Assembly (NCBI RefSeq): GCF_006345805.1
Contig: NW_021834395.1
Location: 1 to 49,933 of the forward strand
Direction of reading: 5' to 3'
DNA: 49,933 nucleotides
Source: Octopus sinensis
Lineage: Eukaryota
Shown: piece by piece, positions 37,476-49,933 of the stretch
Layout of the letters: every line of letters begins with the position of its first letter
Numbering within the stretch: the first letter of the stretch is position 1
Notes under the pieces: generated by a model
What the model was told of the DNA's origin: nothing
What the model saw: only the letters and a program-made list of their open reading frames with translations
Databases searched by the model: none
Program-made: the position numbers and the translations under genes

Positions 37476-37605
37476 CATACATTTTATACATTATATATAC
37501 ACTCTTTTACATTTTTACTCATTTCAGCCATGCAGCCTGGGTCATACTGGAGCACCGCCATGGTCTTTCTGACTTCCTCGGTCTGGGTGTTTCACATCAC
37601 CATCG
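37045..37605. repeat. Inverted duplication of the LINE 3' end around a (TA)n tract
   Basis: 37045-37175 is the reverse complement of ~37480-37605. Confidence 0.85.
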
Positions 37606-37810
37606 GAGAGCCTAGAGATCTTGTTTGCCAAAGGCCCTCTCCTTAACAAGATCTCAGAACACTCCCCAAATTGCATGCATAAGAATTATGCAAACTACAA
37701 GAACTATAGACCTACCCGGCAACCAGATTGATGACACCCCACCCATAAACCCCCCCAATCCCACCGTTCCCCTAGCACCCCCGACTACCTTTTCTCCTAA
37801 GACCTTTCAC
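37606..37810 (+). mobile_element. Penelope-like element ORF C-terminus fragment
   Basis: [27 protein letters not shown] resembles the E.LEI......LLNKRSE....CRH.N end of Penelope GIY-YIG ORFs. Confidence 0.6.
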
Positions 37811-37854
37811 ATATTGTATGTGCACGCTTGTATATGTGTATCGTATATATGTAT

Positions 37855-40760
<2,906 letters not shown>

Positions 40761-40912
40761 TGTATGTGTGTATATGTATGTATATATGTATATATATATA
40801 TATGTGTGTATGTGTAGGTGTGGGTATATATATATGTGTGTGTGTGTATGTATGTATATATATATATATATATATGTGTGTGTATGTGTGTGTATATATA
40901 TGTATGTGTGTG

Positions 40913-40956
<44 letters not shown>

Positions 40957-41202
40957 AATATGCGTGTGTATGTGTACATATGTGTATGTGTGTATAGATA
41001 TATGTGTGTATGTATGTGTATGTGTGTATGTATATATATGTATATATATATTTATATGTATGTATGTATATATATATATATATATGTATATGTATATGTA
41101 TATATATGTATATGTATATATATATATGTGTGTAAGTGTGTGTATATATGTATATGTAAGTTTGTGAGTGTGTATGAGTATGTATGTATGTTTGCACACA
41201 TG

Positions 41203-41249
<47 letters not shown>

Positions 41250-41380
41250 ATGTATGTATGTGTATATATATGTGTGTATGTATGTGTGTATGTATATGTA
41301 TGTGTGTGTGAGTATATATGTATGTGTGTGTGTGTGTATGTGTGTATATGTATATGTATGTGTATGTGTGTATATGTATA

Positions 41381-41417
<37 letters not shown>

Positions 41418-41480
41418 GTGTGGATGTGTATGTGTGTATGTATATGTATGTATATATGTGTGTGTATGTGTGTATATGTA

Positions 41481-41529
<49 letters not shown>

Positions 41530-41555
41530 ATATATATGTATATATGTATATATAT

Positions 41556-41594
<39 letters not shown>

Positions 41595-41595
<1 letters not shown>

Positions 41596-41945
41596 CGCGA
41601 GAAAGAAGCAACAAGAATGGATAGGTTTTTAGTACGATCGTTTCATACAAGGACAGGTTTTATTAAAAGTTGCAAAGATTACAGCATATAAACGAGTCCC
41701 GTACTCATCAGCTAAAATACATGTAAGTTCTCTAGACATCCTAGTGTTTGAGGCTATACTCATGAAGTAATGTAGATAATTAAACAGATTTCTAAAGTTC
41801 ATTAAAGTTCTTTAAAGTTCGCTTATAATCACCCCACATTACTGTATTGTTAAATCAGTATAGTTTTTTTTGGTGCATCTAAGTTAGGTACCATATTCAA
41901 GTAAATTTTTTTAAATTAACTTGAATCTTTATTGCTCTTTGTATA
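41595..41945 (-). mobile_element. Penelope-like terminal-repeat fragment carrying a hammerhead
   Basis: Non-coding, flanked by (TA)n; pieces recur at 49570-49766. Confidence 0.6.
41627..41717 (-). ncRNA. Minimal type I hammerhead ribozyme (GUA cleavage, palindromic GAUC loop III)
   Basis: ttttag-CTGATGA-gtacgggac..gtccttgtat-GAAA-c-gatc-GTA-ctaaaa; predicted cut between 41633 and 41632. Confidence 0.8.
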
Positions 41946-42406
41946 TATATATATATATATATTTGTGTATATGTGCGTGTATGTATGTGTATGTATGTAT
42001 TTGTATGTAGGTGTATATGTATGTGTGTATATATATTTATTGGTGTATATGTATAGACTAGTCTTCTAAGATTGTAGACATGAATCTGTAGGTACGCGTA
42101 CGTATGTGTATATACGTGTATGTATGTAGATGTATGTATGTATGAATATAACGCGTGCGTGCGTGTATGTGTATGAGTGTACGAATGAGTGAGTGTGCGT
42201 GCTAACGAGTGTGCGTGCGTGAGTGAGTGCTTGTGCTCAAGTAGAAAGATAAAAGGGACTGGTTGTCGTAGCCAAGATGTTTGTGACCAGCGGTCAAAGA
42301 TAACAAAAGTAATAAATGAAGATAATAAAATTAAAATTAGGGAATGGGTTTGTATTTGTATGTGTATATGTGTGTATGTGTAGGTATGAATAGGTACACA
42401 TGTGTG

Positions 42407-42441
<35 letters not shown>

Positions 42442-42624
42442 ATATATACATATATGTGTATAAGTACATATGAGTATATAGGGACTTGTGTGTTGTGTGT
42501 GCATGTGTGTATGTGGATATATATGTGTGTGTATGTGTGTATGTGTATGTGTGGTCGTGTGTGTGTGTGCATATATACATGTGTGTGTGTATATGTATGT
42601 GCATGTATATGTGTATGTATATAT

Positions 42625-42670
<46 letters not shown>

Positions 42671-42789
42671 GTGTGTAGATATATGTATGTATATGTATGT
42701 GTGTGTGTGTATATATATATATGGGTGTGTGTGTATGTATGTGAGTATGTATATGTGTGTGTGTGTATATATGTATACATATGTGTATA

Positions 42790-43145
42790 GGTATAAGTGA
42801 GATTTTCCTTATTTACCTAAAACTCTATTCCTCTATATTTTTTTATTCTCCCTTTTTTTATTCTTATTTATTCTTCTATCTAATTTACCACTGACTCTTG
42901 ACCACTCCCCCAAGTATGATTTTTTTGCGCTATGCCTACCCCCAAAAAGTCCCCAACCACCACCCCTTTAACCTGCCTAAATGTATAAATGCCAATACAA
43001 TCTTGTTAACTAGCTTCCTGAAGATTTCTCTTGAATGAAACAGTTCTAGTCCTGTAGAAGCTCCTTCTATATAATAAATTAATTTTACTCTGCTATGTAT
43101 TGAGTACCTTATTTACTGTGGTTAACCCCGAATCAACCCGGGACC
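42790..43145 (+). mobile_element. Penelope-like terminal-repeat fragment (second family)
   Basis: Non-coding, between microsatellites, carries a hammerhead; 43018-43100 recurs at 49848-49933. Confidence 0.5.
43012..43062 (+). ncRNA. Compact type I hammerhead ribozyme motif (GUA)
   Basis: agcttc-CTGAAGA-tttc tctt gaat-GAAA-cag ttctagtc ct-GTA-gaagct; 6-bp stem I, 4-bp stem III, U-U at the base of stem II. Confidence 0.7.
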
Positions 43146-43148
43146 TAC

Positions 43149-43260
<112 letters not shown>

Positions 43261-43897
43261 ATGTATATATATGTATATAACATATAATGTATACATATAT
43301 GTATATAAAGCATATCTAATATATATATGAGTATATATATATGTGTGTGTGTGTGGATATATATGTATATATACATTATATATATATATATATATATATA
43401 CACATACATTATATATATCTATATATATATATATAGGCATAAAAAGGTTGAATGTAAATTTGTCCTTCAATTTGGAGGTTTCCCAAAAAGTTTCTAATGG
43501 TGAGTATTCAAATTTTGCTGGTAGTTTACAGGCGTAAATTTGCGAAAATTTGAAAGTAATACTTCACAACTTCTCTTCTCAATTCTTAACTAAACTGATG
43601 AGTTTTATGGGACTTCTTTCCATAAAATCACCACACATTACATGAAAATATGTGTGTGTGTGTGTATAAATGCGTATATATATGTGCATATATATATATG
43701 TGCATATAAATGCATATATATATGTGCATATATATATATGTGCATATAAATGCATATATATAATGTACATATATATATAACATATATACACATAAATATA
43801 TATATTGTATATATACATATACACAATGAATATATATATATATATATATATAGTATGTGTATATATATATATGAGTATATATATATATATATATATC

Positions 43898-43939
<42 letters not shown>

Positions 43940-43962
43940 ATGTATATATATATATATATATA

Positions 43963-44268
43963 GTTATCCGTAATAATGAAGGGTGAAATTAATTAATTTG
44001 GAATAATTATCAATTACACCAAGTAGTCTTCGGCATGTAAAAGCCTCATTTGAGGAAAATTTAAGTAATACTAAGCAATAAGGTTTAGCAACGAATTGCC
44101 TTACCACATACCGAATTCGGTATGTGGTAAGGCAATTCGTTGCTAAACCCTTATTGCTAGTATTACTTAAATTTTCCTCAAATGAGGCTTTTACATGCCG
44201 AAGACTACTTGGTGTAATTGATAATTATTCCAAATTAATTAATTTCACCCTTCATTATTACGGATAAC
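43963..44268. repeat. 306-bp spacer-less palindrome centred on AATT (44114-44117)
   Basis: Arms are mirror images apart from two 1-nt indels. Confidence 0.95.
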
Positions 44269-44758
44269 CATATTTTATCTCAGTAGATGACCACAGCATA
44301 TTGTTTTGGCTACACGCGGGTGGGAAGGGGCTGTTGACACAATCGTTTCATTCAAATTTGAATTCGGTGATACTAGTTGCGGATTCTAGCTCGCTCTGAT
44401 ACTGAGTTGAGTTGGTGCCTCCTAGTATCTCAAAATTCAAATATAATCATTTATGATTATAGTATTCCACGCTGAAGAGAAAAGAAGTTTCGGTAAGATA
44501 GAATCATTAATATTTAATATTTAATTCTTATGCTTTCCTAAAAACTTGATTTCGAAACGTACGTCCGTGGATAACTTTAAAAATGTTTGATAGATTGCAG
44601 TTAATTCATTCTCTCTTACCTGTTTGTGTCAGCCTTCCAATTGCTGTTTTTACTGAGATCTCCCTTTTTAGTAGAAGAAATAGCTATAACCTTTGACTGC
44701 TATTTCTAAATTCGGTATGTGGTAAGGCAATTCGTTGCTAAACCCTTATTGCTTAGTA
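44114..44758 (+). mobile_element. Penelope-like/retrozyme-like unit, 595-bp period with terminal direct redundancy
   Basis: 44114-44162 is repeated at 44709-44758; hammerhead inside. Confidence 0.6.
44466..44571 (+). ncRNA. Canonical minimal type I hammerhead ribozyme (GUC cleavage, palindromic GUAC loop III)
   Basis: tccacg-CTGAAGA-gaaaagaagttt...aaacttgatttc-GAAA-c-gtac-GTC-cgtgga; G-C at base of stem II; predicted cut after 44565. Confidence 0.88.
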
Positions 44759-44781
44759 TATATATATATATATAATGTGTG

Positions 44782-44829
<48 letters not shown>

Positions 44830-44917
44830 ACATGTGTATATAATACAATGTATATAAATATAATGTATATATACATATATAATGTATATATATAATGTGT
44901 ATACATAATGTGTATGC

Positions 44918-46185
44918 ATTGGATTCTTAGAACTTTTAGAACAAGTGATCAGGAAAACATGATGGTCCACTAGAGGACACTTGTCCAAAGCCACTTTGAC
45001 TATTGCTCTCAGCTACGGTCATCAACCAGTGTCAAATAGAAGTCAGGTGGTAGTAACCAATGGAGTCACCTCCAATGACACGCAAATAGTGAGCGGTTTT
45101 CTGCAAGGCACTGTTTTCAGACCACTACTGTTCATAATGGCCCTCTCAGACATGCCCTCAGCCACACAGAGAGCCACAATCACAAGTTATGCAGATGATA
45201 CAAAAGTTTCACAGGCAATACAGAACCCTGAAGACACTAAGCACCTGCAATGTGAGCTGGATGAAATATACAAGTGGGCTGAAAAGAATAGCATGCAGTT
45301 TAATGCTGAAAAGTTTCAAGCCTTGTGCTATCAGTATGCAAACTTAAATGCAATACCCATTAAATATATTGAACCTGGAGGAATTGCAATCCCAGAGGCA
45401 CAGTCAGTGTGAAACCTGGGCATTTACATGAGTAATGATGCATCCTTCCATGTGCATGTTGCAAAATGGCAGTGAAATGTAGGCGGCTGACTGGATGGAT
45501 TCTTAGAACTTTGAAAACAAGAGATCAGGAAACCATGATGGTCCTCTGGAGGACACTTGTCTTAAGCCAATTTGACTATTGCTCTCAGCTATGGTCACCA
45601 ACCAGTATAAAATTAGTCTCAGAACTTGAGGCGATCCAACGAAGCTACACAAAGAAGATAGCCTCTCTGCAGCATATAAGCTATGGAGAAAGACTCAAGA
45701 GATTAAGACTCTATTCCTTAGAGAGTAGGCGAGAAAGATATGCCATAATATACATCTGGAAGATCCTGAAAGTACTTGTCCCAAACTTTGGCAATGAGAG
45801 TTACACAAATACTAGAACTAGGCGCCACTGCATAGTGACAAGGACTCCAAATTTGCCATCAAGATATAGGACAAGATACTGCAATAACCTGGGCTTCAAA
45901 GGTCCACAGCTCCTCAGTATTCCCCTGAAGGATCTGAGAGATCTGCATGGGGTGGATGTAGGTGTTTTCAAAATAAAGCTGGACCTCTTACTGCCAAGTG
46001 TCCCCGATGAACCAACTTCATGGCAGGAGATGCAGATGAGGGCAGCTGCATCAAATTCCCTCATGCACCAAATATCAATTCCTACAAAGCATTCGTGAAG
46101 TAAAAATATGTACCAACACCAAATGGAGGTCGCCCAGCATGGCCACAGCTCGTAAGCTGAAACTAGATATTAAAAAAAAAAATAT
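44918..46185 (+). mobile_element. 5'-truncated CR1-group LINE with poly(A)
   Basis: LQGTVFRPLLF, YADDTK, FDYCSQLWSP; 3' hairpin cagc-tcgtaa-gctg and A tail. Confidence 0.92.
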
Positions 46186-46234
46186 ATGTATATACATATA
46201 ATGTATATATATATATATATATACATATATATAA

Positions 46235-46268
<34 letters not shown>

Positions 46269-46365
46269 ATGTATATATATACATATATATAATGTATATA
46301 TATATATATACATATATATAATGTATATATATATATATATTACAACGTAATATAGTCATATGCAA

Positions 46366-49037
46366 TACATATTGCCCACCAGATGCTCCAAACCACATAG
46401 GCAAGTTTGAAGATTGCCTCACAACAATCAAAGAAATCCTTATGAATCTGGAACATCACATGACCATATTTCTTATGGGTGATTTCAACTTCCGCAATGT
46501 CAAATGGCCCGAAGGTCTCATACTCTCAGGAATGAATCATTGCAAGCAAGTACAGGTGGAGTCCCTGCTCAACCTCACCAATGCCTTATTCATGGAGCAA
46601 GTTGTACTCAAACCAACTAGGGAAAATAACATTCTGGATCTCTGCTTCACGAACAATATGGACATCATTCATGATGTGAAAGTGACACCGACATTAGTTT
46701 TGGATCACAACATAATAGAGCTGTCTATGTTTGGGCCGAAAGTAACCAGAGACATACAGTCTAAAGGAAGCACCCCAAATCTCTCCAATCTGAACTTCCA
46801 CAAAGCAGATTGGAAATCGATCCAAAAAAAGATCCTCAGAGAGGACTGGCCGGAATGTCTCTCCACACCAGACATTGACATGAAACTAGAATGTCTCATG
46901 TCTTCTGTGCAAGCCGTATGCCAGAAATATGTCCCAGAGCACAAGGCCAAAACAAATAGGAGCAAGATTCCAAGAGACAGGAAGATCCTCATGAGACGAC
47001 GGACGAATGTTGCAAATCGTCTCAACCAACATCCCAAAAGTAGCGAAACGTCCCACCTAAAAACAACACTGATGGAGATCGAAAAAAGTCTGCAACAATC
47101 CTATGTGAGGGAGAAAGCAGACAAAGAAGCCTGGGTTATAAAAAACATTAAATCAAACCCAAAGGCCTTCTTTCATTACGCGAAAGAAACAGTCTCAGTA
47201 CACTACAAGATAGGACCCCTCCTCCAAAAGGATGGCTCCCTCACAGACAGTCCAACTAAGATCAGTGAGATGCTGAATGATCAGTTCAAAAGTGTCTTTA
47301 CCACCCCGTTGGAACACAGACAAGTGAACGAACCAGTGGACTTCTTTGCCACCTTACCTATAACCAGCAAGGCGGTTACAATAGAATGTATTGACATTAG
47401 CGAAGAAGATGTACTACTAGCCATAGATGAAGTGGACACAAACTCAACTGCTGGTCCTGATGGTTTCCCAGCAATTCTCCTCAAATCGTGTAAACATGCC
47501 CTGGCAAAACCCCTCAAGATTCTCTTCCAGAGCTTTCTTACAAATGGCAAACTGCCAAGCAAGCTGAAGGAGGGAATAATATGCCCAATAAGTAGAGCAG
47601 GTGCCAAAAACTATAGGCCAATCTCTCTGACTTCACACATCAGCAAAGTCATGGAACGGATAGTCAGAGGGAAACTAATAGCATTCCTTGAAAAAAATAA
47701 CTTGCTCAGTGATACCCAACATAGTTTTCGACCAGGTAGGAGCTGCCTGACCCGGCTCTTACAGCATTATGACTGGGTGTTGAGGCAGTTACTCAACAAA
47801 TCAAATGTGGATGTAATATACCTTGATTTTGCAAAAGCTTTTGACAAGGTGGATCATGGTATGATATGCCACAAACTGCATGACCTCAGCATAGCTGGAA
47901 AACTTGGAGTGGGGTTACATGACTTCCTGAAAGATAGGAGTCAGGCAGTAGTGGTTAATGGAGCCACCTCTATGAACACACAAATAGTGAGCGGTGTTCC
48001 ACAGGGCACTGTCTTGGGACCACTGCTTTTTATAGTGGCCCTCTCAGATATGCCCTCAAATGCCCGGATAGCCACTCTGGCAAGCTATGCAGATGATACG
48101 AAAGTCTCGCAGAAAATACAGAACCCCAGCGATGTTGCACACCTGCAGCAGGAGTTGGACTCAATCTACAGATAGGCTGAGGATAATAATATGCAGTTTA
48201 ATGCATACGCTGCGCTACCAGCATCCAAAACTGAATATTAAACTTACAGGATACACCGGTCCACAGGGAATTTCAATCCCTGTGAGGGACCTGGGTATCG
48301 ACATGAGTGAGGATACCTCTTTCCAAGTGCACATTACCAGGATGGCGATAAAGTGCAGACGACTGGCTGGATGGATCCTGAGAACATTCAGAACCAGAGA
48401 TAAGGAAACTATGATGGTCCTCTGGCGGACATTCGTCCTCAGCCACCTGGATTACTGCTCACAGCTATGGTCACCCACCATTGTGAAATTAACAGCAGAC
48501 CTTGAAGCAATCCAGAGAATATTCACAAAGAAGATCGTCTCTTTGCAATAGCTCAGCTACTGGGAAAGGTTGAAACAGCTAAGACTCTACTCCCTGGAGA
48601 GAAGACGGGAGAGGCATGCAGTAATATATGTCTGGAAGATCCTGGAAGGAATTGTGCCAAATGTTGGCATTGAAAGCTACACTAATGCTAGAACGGGATG
48701 ACACTGCATAGTGCCAAAGATCCCAGCAATGCCATCATGCTTCCGGACCAGCTTCTGCAACAGCCTGGGTTTCAAGGGCCCATGGCTTTTTAATATTCTC
48801 CCAAAGAGTCTGAGGAACTTGCACAAAGTAGATGTAGTGGTTTTGAAATCAAAGCTAGACATCTTCCTGTCAAGAGTCCCAGATGAAGCTACCTCACGGG
48901 AAGAGGTGCAAATGAGAGTAGCCATATCAAACTCCATTCTTCACCAAGTGCGACGAGGTACGTCGTAATAACAGTGTAGCACGAAACGGTGGTGCATCAG
49001 CAGGGCCGCAGCTCTGAGCTGAAACAAGAAAAAAAAA
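46366..49037 (+). mobile_element. 5'-truncated CR1-group LINE (partial APE endonuclease, RT, 3'UTR, poly(A))
   Basis: ORF 46442..48175: MGDFNF, PTRENNILDL, YRPISLTS, LDFAKAFDKVDH, GVPQGTVLGPLLF, YADDTK; frameshifted C-terminus. Confidence 0.95.
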
Positions 49038-49184
49038 ATATAATATATATAATGATATATATATATATTATATATATATATATTATATATATATATATAT
49101 AATGTATATATATATATATTATATAATATAATCATATATAATATATATAATATATATATATAATATAATATATATATATATATA

Positions 49185-49239
<55 letters not shown>

Positions 49240-49296
49240 ATATATATATAATATATATATATATAATATATATATAAGGTGTATATATATATTATA

Positions 49297-49376
<80 letters not shown>

Positions 49377-49569
49377 TATATATATATATAATATATATAT
49401 ATATAATGTGTGTATATATATATATGATGTTATATATATATATATATAATAATGTGTATATATATATATATATATAATGTATATATTATATATATACATT
49501 ATATATATTTATACATTATATATATATACTATATATACATTATATATATATATACATTATATATATATA

Positions 49570-49766
49570 TATATACAAAGAGCAATAAAGATTCAAGTTA
49601 ATTTAAATGAATTTACTTGAATATGGTACCTAACTTAGATGCACCAAAAAAAAACTATACGGTTTTAACAATACAGTAATGTGGTGATTATAAGCGAGAA
49701 AGAAGCAACAAGAATGGATAGGTTTTTGTACTAAAAACCTATCCATTCTTGTTGCTTCTTTCTCGC
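49570..49766. repeat. Rearranged copy of the 41.6-41.9-kb element ending in a 73-bp palindrome
   Basis: 49570-49697 is an inverted copy of 41818-41945, joined via GCGA microhomology to palindrome 49694-49766 centred on GTAC. Confidence 0.85.
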
Positions 49767-49788
49767 GTGTATATATATATATATATAT

Positions 49789-49900
49789 ATAGAAGGAGCT
49801 TCTACAGGACTAGAACTGTTTCATTCAAGAGAATCTTCAGGAAGCTCCTGAAGATTTCTCTTGAATGAAACAGTTCTAGTCCTGTAGAAGCTCCTTCTAT
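49789..49900. ncRNA. Palindrome made of two divergent hammerhead copies sharing a central AGCT
   Basis: Plus copy 49843-49892 and minus copy 49846-49797, same family as 43012-43062; each carries one 1-nt deletion. Confidence 0.7.
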
Positions 49901-49933
49901 ATAATAAATTAATTTTACTCTATGTATTGAGTA

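Noticed and set aside
43595-43645. CTGATGA followed by a good hairpin (possible hammerhead)
   Set aside because: No GAAA after stem II and no stem I/III partner; at most a truncated relic.
44330-44370. Minus-strand GAAACGATTGTG after a hairpin
   Set aside because: Triplet ends in G and the CUGANGA box is missing.

Overview
AT-rich metazoan genomic DNA, most likely an octopod or coleoid cephalopod (inferred from the SINE families and the very large TA/CA microsatellite load). One host gene can be identified, and the ORF track misses it: SEM1/DSS1 on the minus strand, with three coding exons (13808-13733, 4638-4542, 2628-2571) giving 76 aa. Its 9.1-kb intron 1 holds a truncated Ty3/gypsy element and a 3.6-kb foldback with ~1.33-kb arms. 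The rest is mostly transposon-derived: a decayed mariner, a near-complete gypsy (both LTRs, 4-bp TSD, -1 frameshift signal), CRE-, R4/Dong- and CR1-group LINE fragments, and several SINEs. A Cys-rich orphan ORF lies at 25755-26072. The most striking hidden signal is a set of type I hammerhead ribozyme motifs from several sequence families (29.1, 41.6, 43.0, 44.5 and 49.8 kb). They sit in non-coding Penelope-like terminal-repeat fragments, mostly embedded in (TA)n. They are accompanied by spacer-less palindromes that fold back at 4-nt self-complementary cores, one at the equivalent of a ribozyme cleavage site. All alignments and folds were done by eye and no database search was run.
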